Part shown: positions 1-12,300 of the stretch, piece by piece
Numbering within the stretch: the first letter of the stretch is position 1
Layout: each line of letters opens with the position of its first letter
DNA from: Octopus vulgaris
Lineage: Eukaryota
Assembly (NCBI GenBank): GCA_951406725.2
Contig: OX597822.1
Coordinates: 90,520,001-90,584,000, forward strand
Direction: 5' to 3'
DNA: 64,000 nt
The notes under the pieces: generated by a model
What the model was told of the DNA's origin: nothing
The model's database searches: none
What the model saw: only the letters and a program-made list of their open reading frames with translations
Made by a program: the position numbers and the translations under genes

Positions 1-135
1 GGAGTGGTTGGCACCAGGAAGAACATCCAGCTGTAGAAACCATGCCAAATCAGACTGGAGTCTGGTGCAGCCTTCCAGCTTGCCAACCATGGCCAAACTG
101 CCCAACCCATGCCAACATGGACATTCAATGATGAG
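1..135 (+). mobile_element. RTE LINE 3' end (GAT-tailed repeat), partial
   Basis: GGAGTGGTTGGC...CATCCAGCTGTAGAAAC...CCAACCCATGCC...ATGATGA; same family as 1590-1945. Confidence 0.7.
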
Positions 136-139
136 AATG

Positions 140-1061
140 AATATATACCAAATCAGAAGTGGTCGACCATCTGCAGTTCTGAGCAGAAGTAACAACACAG
201 TTGAGGGCAGGTTATTGCTCTAAAAATAACTGTAGGAAGGAAAATCAAAGCCTGCCAGAGAAATATCCCTCAAATTGCAACAAAAAAAAAAAAACAACAA
301 CCAAAAGGTAGTGCTGTGAATGTCTACATCAACAAAAGGAGAACTCCCAGTAGATGAACAGTTGAAACTTCTTTCCGATGTGCATTCTGCAAGGTTGCAT
401 AATGTAGAATGGGATGTTTTACAAGTTTCCATGACAGAAATATTGTGTGAATATGGTATATATGTATAATTAGATTGTATAAATATTTTTCAAATTTACT
501 TCGTTTTTACTTTTTAGTTAGCTGTACTTTTTACTTGTAATTTTAATTTGCCTGTAAGGTGAGTAACAAGTTTTGATTTAATTTCTATTGTAAATCTTTA
601 TTACATATGTTTCTGTGCATTCATGTAAGTGTGTGAGTTTATTTCATTTTCTAGTTTTCAAAAGCAAATTCCAGAATTTCGTTTTATTTTACCTTTATGG
701 TATACCTGTTCTTATGTGCATTAAATTCAACTGATAATATAGTGATGTGCACAATTCTTCTATATTAAAAGTTTGTTGCATACCCACTTGATTAGCTGAG
801 GACTCATTTTCTATGGTGATGTTTAAACTATATTTTTATATTTTGCTGAACTTACCTGTATGTACCTGCAATTTGAGCCACTTTGAGACAAAAGTTATGC
901 AAAGGAATTAAGAACCTTTTCTTCAACCGTGTTCCAAAACTCACATTAATATGTCAAGTTACAGTTGTTTAATGAAACCAGTATAAATTCATGATTATTT
1001 TAGAATTTAATTGAAACTCATCAGGGGTGTTTTTTTAGTTAGAAATATAGTAACGAAAGGG
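140..1061 (+). mobile_element. piggyBac transposon relic (transposase C-terminal Cys-rich domain + right end)
   Basis: Degenerate translation ...GRPS...[11 protein letters not shown]...ETSFRCAFCKVA*CRMGCFTSFH. Ends in GTAACGAAAGGG followed by TTAA (1062-1065). Homologous to 6060-6836. Confidence 0.8.
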
Positions 1062-1269
1062 TTAATCATGCATTATCTTGTAGCTGTGAGATTTCAATGA
1101 TATGAAAAATTATATTTAGAAGAAAGGATGAAGAAAGTTACAAAGATGATAAAGTGGGAAAAGTTTGACAGGTACAGATTGGGTGCAAGGCCAAAGATAT
1201 AAATGATATGCTTTTTGGGACTGATTTTTCACTGAGATGGACAGGTCTCTTTCAAGCACTACAAATCAC

Positions 1270-1555
1270 CAATCATCTTTGTCCTCTCCTCTCTGAGGCT
1301 CAGAAACCTGAGTTTGGTCTTCCCTACTTCATCCCTGTCTGCCTAGGCCTCCTTCCACAGATTCTATTCACATTTAATGATTGATACTTCTGCAGCTGTC
1401 CTTTAATTATATCACACGACCATACTAGCATAGTCTTCTTTTGCACACTACATCTCATGTCACTTATGCCTAATTTTTCTCCCAATACATTTACACTTTG
1501 TCATACTGACATTGCAAATCCAGCAAAGCTAGCTAGCTTCATTTCTTTCTAGTCT
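1270..1555 (-). mobile_element. Degraded RTE LINE ORF 3' fragment
   Basis: Similar by eye to 27790-27945 (e.g. CTAGCTTCATTTCTTTC) and to 12950-13210. Confidence 0.55.
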
Positions 1556-1589
1556 ATCAAAAGCACCGTCCAAACGCGGCAGATACCAG

Positions 1590-1945
1590 ATAAAAGTCAA
1601 ATGGAAATTGTAGTTAAGACACCCATGCCGGTGACACGTAAAAAGCACCATCCGAACGTGGCAGATGCCAGCACCACCTGACTGGCTTCCGTGTCGGTGA
1701 CACGTAAAAGCACCAACCGATCATGGCTGTTTGCCAGCCTGCTCTGGCCCCTGTGCCGGTGGCATGTAAAAAATACCCACTACACTCACTGAGTGGCTGG
1801 CGTTAGGAAGGGTGTCAAGCTGTAGAAACACTATCAAATCAGACAAGAGCCTGGTACAGCCTCCATGGCTTACCAGACCCCAGTCAAACTGTCCAACCCA
1901 TGATAGCATGGAAAACAAACGTTAAACGATGATGATGATGATGAA
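1590..1945 (+). mobile_element. RTE LINE 3' UTR (GAT tail)
   Basis: GGCGTTAGGAAGGG...CCAACCCATG...GTTAAACGATGATGATGATGATG, preceded by tandem GGTG(A/G)CA(C/T)GTAAAA units. Confidence 0.8.
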
Positions 1946-2175
1946 GTACTATGACGATGATTTTACTGTTAGTTAACAGAATGCAAATGAGATATGGGTT
2001 CCATTATCCTTATTAGGTTCCCCAACAGTTTTTAGGTGTAGAAATTGAATGTAAATTTAATATCCCTTGGTACCATTTTATTCCTGAAATTGTTTTCATT
2101 ATCCCATCGCGTTTTTCTTGAAAATTTAGTAATATTTTATATTAAAAGTGAAGAAAATAAATATGTTAAACTTAC

Positions 2176-2286
2176 TTCTTTCACCATTTTAGTAGCTTCT
2201 TTAAGGGCATCATGTGGAACATTAGTAGCACCAATTTGTTGTGTAATACCACCAGCTTCACCATCTTGAACATTAGTTCTTCTTAA
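2176..2286 (-). CDS. EIF5B: eIF5B coding exon 13 ([24 protein letters not shown]...)
   Basis: G2/switch-1 motif [13 protein letters not shown]; acceptor TTAACAG, donor GTAAGT, 111 nt. Confidence 0.97.
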
Positions 2287-5200
2287 CTGTTAAAAAAGAA
2301 ACCAATAGCTACAACAATCAAAATACCAGTAAAAGTTATCAGGAATAACTTATTTTCATTTCCAAACTTAATGTATATTTCAGAAAATTAATATACAGAC
2401 ATGTGCGCATGTGGAAACAAATACACAAAATCATCATTTTAAATCCACCTTCCATTGAAAGGGGTTGGATGTGCCAGCAATCTGAATTCTTATTCAAAGT
2501 TACAGCCCTCCTAGCTTGATCAGAGAACTTTATCTTGCTCATAAGTTAAAGGTTTTGGCTTGGTTTCAATGGTAGAACACTCTTCCTGCCACCAATCCCT
2601 TTATAGAACATACTGGGTGTATTTTATTTTGGCAACAGCACTGGAAGTTGTCATGTACCCTCAACCCCATGTCTTCTTCACTCCTTCATCAACTATTTCA
2701 CAGCGTGTAATGAGTGCAGGGTTGTTATGTACCTTGTAAAATTAAAGAATCTTCCCCACATCCACTCAATACAACAAACAAGGAAGGTGAATAAAAGTGA
2801 GTGATGACCAAAAAGACAAACCAAGATAGATGGCTATTAGGAAAGCAAGACCAGGGACAGGGAAGTAGCTTGAGAAATACATTATGATGATGACAGAATG
2901 TATCCAACATGCACATCTCATAATCCCTAATATACAGGCCTTGCATAGAGGCTAAAAGTAGAAGAATAATGGTTGGGGAGTGGGTGATTTGAAACACTGG
3001 TAAGTCCAGTACCTCCCTAATTACATGGGTGGCATGGTACAGTGGGTGGAAATGAGGATGACATCAGACAGGAAAGAATCAATTACCACTCTTACTTTCA
3101 CTGGCAACATAGCACAATGAAGGGAAGATAAAATGAGGGATGGAGATGTAGGAAAAAAAAAAACAATCCAGATGTGGAAAAGGGTGATGAGCAATACAGA
3201 GACGAGTGGATGACAAAAAGATGGAGAGGCAGCAGATACACTTGTTATACTTCCCAGCCTCCATTATTAAAAGCGCTTAAAGTTTAAAATAGTGACACTG
3301 TTTAGATGATATCAATGTTTACACTTAGTATAAAAACATGTATTGCTATAGTATGGTTTGACATGGAAAACCATGGGAATAGATATCTGACTTGGCAACA
3401 AGAAGGGTATCCAACCATAGCCTCAACAAATCACATCTAATCCATCCCTGCATGGAATAAGCAAACATTAAAAAACATTTCTAAAACTAAGCTAAAAAAA
3501 AGTTTACAATTATTATTAGTAACTTTTGGTGCATAATATTAATTTATACCAACTAGTTTGGGTGACATTTTGTTGCAAACTTAAAAATTACTATATTTTC
3601 TTGAATTTCATATATACAATAAAAAATATATAATTATACCAAGTAACCAAATTACTTTTTACGGTCTGAAACAGTAGTTTTTATAGTTGAAAATTTTATA
3701 GAAATTTTTATAAAACTGAAGTAATGGGAAGTGCTTATGAAGGAAAGCCGTACACACATGCACACTAAATCTCAGAAAAATGTCTTATTTACATGGACAT
3801 ATCTGCATTACTTCTAATTAATACACATCTCAAACCACCACCACATTCCTTACAAATGCTGTGCTTAACAATCTGACAATTGGCAATCACCCAAGAAAGA
3901 GAAAAAAGTTTAAAGAAAAATCATGGACAAATGCAGACAAAAGCAGAAACATGGTGACAGACCCATATTAATAGAGTGAATACATAAAAATAACATATTT
4001 AAAAGTACATTGATGAAAAAAAATTCTAATCAGAGTACCTTATCTAAAATCTTGGTTTTCCCAGTATCAACATGTCCCAGAACACACACAACAGGAGCAC
4101 GAAGTACATCAACTCTTCGTTTTTTCTCAGCAGCTTCTTTTCGTTTCTAATCATGGAGAAAGAAAAAATAGTAGTAAAGTTTTGGAGAAAGCCAGTATTC
4201 TTGTGATGCTCCATTTAATCAAGGTTTACACTTCTGAATACAACAATTTCTAGTAATAAATGATCTGGAAGCATTGATCTAGTATCCAAACTATGATTAT
4301 TGATTATTAATTAGCATAATAGCATAGCCTGGAAAATACATGGATTACATGGAAAAATGTGAGCAAGAGAAATAATATTCTTAAGATTATAAATCTGGAA
4401 AATTACAGGACAAGTTATTACACTTCGAAAAGTTCAAGACAGCTTATTATATCTGGTGTAGTACAGAACAAGAAAACTTTTACTTAAAATATTGCAGCTA
4501 AGGATAAAATTTGAATATTAAAAATTATTTGATTTGAATTTACAAAGTAACATAATTAAAAAAGGTACTATCATTTTGCTAAAATATTGACACACTAGAA
4601 TACTTAAAATATGAAAGCCAGAAGTACCAATATAGCTAAAATTTTATGCAAAGTAGAATAGTATATATGGTAGGCAAATTCTTTATGTAAAAAATAGACA
4701 TTGGGTCAAGACTAAAAATGTGAAGACTTGGCAATAATTTAAGCAATAACTCAAGCAAATGTTACTGTGAATTTGTTATAGGTAGATTTTACTGTAATAT
4801 ATAACTAATTTTTGTACTATTCTATTTATTGTACTAATTATGTACTACTGTTATTTTTTATAACCTATTTTCAACTTTCTAATTATTAATTAATAATTTT
4901 AAAAAATGAATTTTTTTGAAATACAGAAAGTATTTTGAGTTATGTTTTATTTTCTAATAGAAGTGACAAGTAATAACAAATGGAAGTAATAACTTGTAAT
5001 AAAATTTTTAGCTTTAATAAAAGCTAATATTTTCTAAATCTAAATATTTTAGTTGAAATTTTATCCTTAGCTGCAATATTTCAAGTAAAACTTTTCTTGT
5101 TCTGTACTTTACTAGATGTAATAAGCTGTCCTGAACTTATCCAACTTGTCCTGTAATTTTCCAGGTTTATAATCTTAAGAATATTATTTCCCTTGCTTGC

Positions 5201-6204
5201 ATTTTTCCATGTAATTAGGGAGTTCTTCCATAGTAAAAACAGTGAAAGAACGTGAGCCAGCCAGAAATAGTTAACAGAATGCAATACTTTTCTGAAATAT
5301 AATTAAACTTTTACTTACTAAGATTCTTTCCCGAGCTTTTTCAATAGGTGTATAGTCCTCTATGTCACTCTCATCTTTAAGACTATCATCATCATCACCT
5401 TTCTCATCAGAAGAGTCATCATCATCAACTTTTGTTTTAGTATCAGTTTCTATGGAGGTAGAGAATTACAAAATAGAACATTCAATAAAAAAATTTTTTT
5501 AATCATCAAAAGACGAGACTTCAAAATATATTTCAATCAATATCAAGGAAAAACTCTGTAAGAATGCAAGTCATGCATCTGTCTCCTGGTTATGCACACT
5601 TTGAATAGCTGATGAAATATATTAATTCCTCATTCAAGCTCTGAAAATATTTCAATCATATCAATACAGAAACTAAAATGTTGCTATTATTGTTTAGTCC
5701 CAAATCAATCCTAATTAAGCAAACTGTGATATGGAGATATCGAGAGAAACAATGAATGAGGTGCAAAAGCAAATGGTGGACGAAATGAACTGGATATTTC
5801 TGTATCCGAAACCAAAAGCGATTCTGAAGAAACTGAAAGCAGTGACATAGACAGCGAGGATGATTTTACACCAGAATGGAGTAAAAAGTTTAAAAAAAGT
5901 TTTCATTAACAATTTTTCTGAGTAGATAGGGTCTACCCATAGTCTTTCTCAGGAAGCAAAACCATTAGACTTTTTTATTTTTTCCAGCATGCTTGTCTGA
6001 AGCAATCACTGCAGAAACAAACTGTTATGCAGAATGTAAACAAGCTGGAAAAAAAGATATCTTGTGCTGTGAATGCCTACATCAACAAAGAAAAACTCCC
6101 AGTGGACGGCCAGTTGAAATGTCTTTCCAATGTGCATTCTGCAAGGTTGCAGTACGTAGAGTGGGATGTTTTACAACTTTTCATGATAGAAATATTGTGT
6201 GAAT

Positions 6205-6245
<41 letters not shown>

Positions 6246-9200
6246 AATTAGATTGTATAAATATTTTTCAAATTTACTTTGTTTTACTTTTTATTTTAAT
6301 TTACCTGTAAGGTGACTGACAAGTTTTGATTTAACTTCTATTGTAAATCTTTATTATATATATTCTTGTGTATTCATGTATGTGTGTGAGTATATTTAAT
6401 TCAGTTGTACTTAATTTTCTAGTTTTCTTCAAAAACAAATTCCAGTATTTTAGTTTATATTACACCTGTTTTTCTGTGATAGTCTCAACTGATAGTCTCG
6501 TGATGTGCACAATTCTTCTATATCAAAATTTTGTTTCACACCTCAATTAAATATTAGCTGAGGACTCATTTTCTGTGGTAATGTTTAAACAAAATTTAAA
6601 TACTTTTACATTTTGCTCAGTTTACCTGTAATTAGAGTCACTTTGAGACAAAAATTATGCAATAGAATTGATTAAGAACCCTTTCTTCAATTATGTTCCA
6701 AATATCACATTAATATGTTGATAAGTAAAAAAAGTTACAGTTCTTTAATGAAACTAGTCTAAATTCATAATTATTTTAGAATTTAATTGAAACTCATGAG
6801 AGGTGTGTTTTGATCAGAAATATAGTAATGATAGGGTTAACATATCAACTATTCTACTCTAGTAAAATTGGAAAACTCAAATCTATTGACAGCAGGCCAT
6901 GTTCTATTCAAGGATGCAAATTATGATGGCCTATATCAAACATGGAGTTTAACTGAACAACATACCAGATATATAAAGTCATTTGGAAAGCAAGATACCA
7001 TAATCTGAGCATTCTGAGCATTCTGAAATTACCTGATTCTTCTTCATCACTACTTATATCCCAGCTTTCTTTCACTTCTTCCTTCATTTCTACAGGTTTC
7101 ATTTCTGTTACAGTACCCTTGTCATCAGTTTTTGTCTCATCAGAAACAACGCTATCCTCTCTTTTTGAATCAGCTGTTGAGTAAAGTGTAAGTATATAAT
7201 GTAAACAAAGAGAATTAAGAGATGCATTAATGTAAATAAAACAAGAAAAACATATTTCTCGAAACAAATTCAAGCAACTGTAAATTCTCCTCTCTCTGAC
7301 TGTAAGCCGTGAGAGCAAATCTGCAGTCACTTGTAAAAATGACCAAAATTCCATCAAAACCAATTCCTATTTGGTAATAGGAAATGAATATCATGGATGT
7401 CCAATCTGTAATAGTATACTCCAGAAAATGACCGATGAAATCTTACTTGAATAAAAGAAAATTTGATGCTGAAGAAGTCAATATTTAACAAAAATTCAAT
7501 ATTCAGAGGGCTGGATTGATGGTGTTCACTAACTAAGGAGACAATACACAAACCAAAGTTCTACACAAAGGTTTATGCTTGTACAGTTGTGGAGATAATT
7601 TATATTATATGTCATTTATTTATATAGTCTTAGATTATATAAATAAAATGACATATAATATAAATTATCTCCACAAATTTCCCAACTCTATAAACTGAAA
7701 CTATATGATCAACCCTATCCCTTCTTTCAAAGATATTCAGTAGGAAGAGAAGCAAGTTTCCAGGTTATTCCTGAATTTCTACAAATGGAGAAGTATTATT
7801 AGGTCACTATTTTAATAATTAAGCATGCAATATGCAATAATAACGAATATTTGAAGCTGGTTGATATGTCAATTATGTTTATCCCAGAACAAAAGAGTTT
7901 TAGTGTTATTTTGCTATTTAAGTGGTCTGTTGTTGTAGCAGCTGATGCTTCCTTAACCAATTTAATTTTTTCTGATGTTAGTATTAGTGAAAATGAGAAT
8001 CTCTATGCTGTAAATACCCTGAATTACAATGATTCATTCCAAGACCCACACACTTTTAAATCATCATCATCATCATTTAACATCCGCTTTCCATGCTAGC
8101 AAGGGTTGGACGGTTCAACTGGGGTCTGGCAAGCCCGAAGGCTACACCAGGCCAGTCAGATCTGGCAGTGTTTCTACAGCTGGATGCCCTTCCTAACGCC
8201 AACCACTCCGAGAGTGTAGTGGGTGATTTTGTGTGCCACCGACACAGGTACCAGACGAGGCTGGCAGATGGCCACGCTTGGATGGTGTTTTTTATGTGCC
8301 ACCGACACAGGTGCCAGACGAGGCTGGCAGACGGCCACGCTCGGATGGTGTTTTTTATGTGCCACCGACACAGGTGCCAGACGAGGCTGGCAGACAGCCA
8401 CGCTCGGATGATGTTTTTTATGTGCCACTGACACAGGTGCCAGACGAGGCTGGCGAACGGCCATGCTCGGATATGGTGTTTTCAGTGTTTTTCCTATGTG
8501 CCACCGACACAGGTGCCAGACGAGGCTGGCGAACGGCTACGATCGGATGGTGTTTGTTACGTGCCCACGGCACGGAGGCCAGTCGATGCGGTACTGGCTA
8601 CGGTCCCGTTCAGAAATGTATGTACTAAATGTACCAGAAGATGGTGTAATATGAATGAAGAAACAAAAATTTTATTTTGGACATCAGTCATGTAATCTAA
8701 AAAGTTATGTTCTATATTGGTCCACATTGTATCAAGAAGCCAACTTAAAGAAAACATTTCCATGAGAACACTTTGAAAATCTAAGATCTTCACCTTAGCA
8801 GTACTTCAGCATATTCCCTGGGTGAAAATCCAGGACCTGATACATCTTTTAAATGTGCAGCTTTTTGTGAAGATACTGCAAAACAATTTTGAGGTATATG
8901 GAATACGCATATGCAAGTCTGGCTTTGTGAACAATTTCGAAGTTTATATAGTGGAGTAGGAAGTAAAATAACTAAGTTTCCAAAATAAATCTCAGGGATG
9001 GTCATAAAAATATGATGGAATCAATATTTTATTATGGTTACCAGGCTTATTGGTATATGTTCATAGTATAGGTCTTCTATGAGAAAAAGGAACATAGAAT
9101 TTGATACACCACTAGCAAAGAAAGTTACTGGTAAAAAGAAAACTTGAAAAAGTATAAAGTGACAATAAGCAAGACTACAAAAGTTACAATTTAAAAAGAG

Positions 9201-12200
9201 GAGAAAAATTTAATGCTCTTAAATAAAAAAAAAGAGCCACCTTATCACTAGAAAACAAAAGGATGGTAGTCTGAAAAATTATTTGAACCCAATGACATCA
9301 AACTTTAACAGCAACAAAGTAATTTTAGCAAGTAGCTAAGAAAAGAGAAAGCATCCCAAAAGGTTCAATGATGAAATAGTTGCTTTATTTGATGCATAAT
9401 CATCATATTTGCATGGGTCAAAGTTAATTTAAGCAGATTTTTTTACAGCTGAATGCCTTCCTGTCACCAACTTTTACCTGTTTCCAAATAAGCTAACATT
9501 TCCCCATGGCCAAATATTTCACAGACTACTGGAAATGAAAGACATTGCATGTATGACAGCGACACTCATAACAATCATGTGATGTCAAGACAAGCAGACA
9601 CAAACATACATAATTGCTTGTTTCAGTTTCAGTCAATCAAATACACTCATGTGGTTTTGGTCAGCCTGGGGCTAAGAAGAATAAAGTGTAAATGCAAACT
9701 AGTCAATCTTGGAAATTTTACATCTAGACAAAAATCGAAGGCAAAAGTAGTATTTCCTGAGTGAAAAACACAGCACTGACTATGTAACATATAAAAGAAA
9801 CTGCAAAACTTGTTGAAAATACATGAACTTTTGTAGATTCCACATTTTATTTGTTATTCTAATTATATTCATTTACAAATATGCTATTAGATAGAAAAAA
9901 TTGTACACATTTTGCAGAGGATTATCTTTATAATATCTAATACAGTTTTTATTGCTGAAAGCATTGTACAAATGAAGCAGTGTTTAGGTACTGTATATTT
10001 ATATATGTGTGTTAAAAATCTGTTTTAGACACAAATGAGTAAACACCTTATTCTGCTGTTAGAGCATGGTGGTGGGTGTTCTACAGGAAAATAAACTAGA
10101 CCCTAAAAAGCAAATTAAAAAAAGTATTTTACTGAATATTAATTAGCCCATCAAAGGTTACAAAATTAAGCAAAACTGATATCACTTCTCCAAAACTAAT
10201 GAAAGGGAAGTTTCTTTCTCAAAGAATTCAATAGCATATAAAATTAAAGAGAATCAAAAATATAATACATACCATCAGTTTGTGTTCTTTTTTTCTTCTT
10301 ATCAGTATAAACAATCCTTTTTTTAGGAGCACTTTCATCTTTAACAGGCAACTCTAAACCTAAAACAAAACAGTCATAACATGATTCCAAACAATTTATA
10401 ATACAAATTAACAACAAATATGTATAACAGTTGATATAAGAGCCATGTATGAAAAACTAAAAGCAGAACATTCCTTATGAGAATATATGTTGGTAAAGAA
10501 AATGAAAAATAGATTTCTGTGTTTTTTGTGTGTAAGGTCATTATAGAAATAATGCCAAATGGCAGCTAGTTAGACTGGCTATTTAGCTGAATTAAACTTC
10601 TAAATGTAACGGAACATAGACAACAACAGTATTTGGATAAACACAGTATGATATGACAATGTCATTGCCAGTTAATAACAGCAAACTTCCACTTGGCTCA
10701 ATTATAACTGTAGTGAGAAAGAATGATCTTCATATACTAACAATAAAAAAACAAAGTTGATTTTGCCTATATATATTTGTGTGTGTGAGACATGACTACA
10801 CTGAGAAAATGCATGCAAAAATCAACAAAAAATAACAATTGATACTAAAAAATTGCTAGACTGTGCACAATACACAAGACAAGTTTGTCTAATTACTGCA
10901 CTATCCGAGTGTGAAAAAGTTGAAGTAGCTCACATATAACTCCTGTATTTATCAAATGATAGTCCTCTCTCACTGGATTGGCTCATTCATTACTATATTT
11001 CGAACCAAGACACATCCCTTATGTGTTTCAATTAAATTCTAAAATAATTGTGAATTAAGACTGGTTTAATAAAACAACTAACTTTTTTTTATTTATCAAC
11101 GTATTAACGTGACTTTTGGAACACAATTTAATAACAGGTTCTTCACCAAATCTGTTTCATAAGTTTTGTCTCAAAGCTAATCTAATTACAGATAAATACA
11201 GTTAAATTCAACAAATCATTAAACTATTTAAATTTTGTTTAAACATCAGCACAGGAAATGAGTTATACAACAGTGAAATTCAATTGTTTTACAAAGTGAG
11301 ACCACATGTTTTCACAAATGTACTAACAATATTTGTGTTGAAATTCTCATTAAAAATATGAATAGGTCATTTCAGTTTTGTGCAGTATTGTAATATTGAC
11401 CAAAATTTTTTCAGCCAGTTTTAGGCAATTTGGTAATGAAAGGGTTTAGTACCAACTAATGAACAGCAGGCAAAGTGCAGTGTGAGTGTGTGTGTAGAAA
11501 GACATAACAAAGAACGTAGAATTATATATCTTGAATTAAAATTTTCCAACATTAACATTCCAAAGTGTTTGTTATAGAAGTGTCTTAGCGCCCTTAGACA
11601 TGATGGTTTTGTGCAACTAATCGATTATACTAAATTAATTATAGTACAATGCTGATCCAAAAGATAAATGCTAGTATATAACTTTTTCAAAATATTAACA
11701 TGTATTTGAATTTTATGAGTTGGAAAATTTCAATTAAAGATGTAATGGTTTGCTAATGTTTTTACTAATAAGCAACCACTGAAATAAGAAAGAATAAAGT
11801 GATATATCTAATTTGAAATCTATTCAAATTACCTTGGCTTCTCATAGCATCCAACATCTGTTGTGCACGCATGCGTTCATGCTTCTGCTTTTCTGTTAGC
11901 AACTTTCCTTCAGCCTTCAACTGTTCTTTCTTTTCTTTCTCTTTTTGTTTTTTCCTTCTTTTCCTTTCTTCTTCTAGCAATTTCTAGAAATGGATGATGA
12001 CAAAATAGTTTACATAGGCTATGGCAGGCATACAATTTGTATTTGAAGCATGTATATACTCTTTACTCTTTTACTTGTTTCAGTCATTTGACTGCGGCCA
12101 TGCTGGAGCACCGCCTTTCATCGAGCAACTCGACCCCAGGACTTATTCTTTTGCAAGCCCAGTACTTATTCTATCAGTCTCTTTTGCCGAACCGCTAAGT

Positions 12201-12265
12201 AACGGGGACATAAACACACCAGCATTGGTTGTCAAGCAATGCTAGGGGGACAAATACAGACACGC

Positions 12266-12300
<35 letters not shown>

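Noticed and set aside
6908-7363. 151-aa ORF as a standalone gene
   Set aside because: Only 7033-7173 is exon 10 of eIF5B; the rest is intron read-through.
8093-8695. Cluster of overlapping repetitive ORFs, or a CRISPR-like array
   Set aside because: These come from a 63-bp (21-codon) tandem unit inside a LINE 3' UTR. The units are contiguous with no unique spacers, and there are no cas genes.
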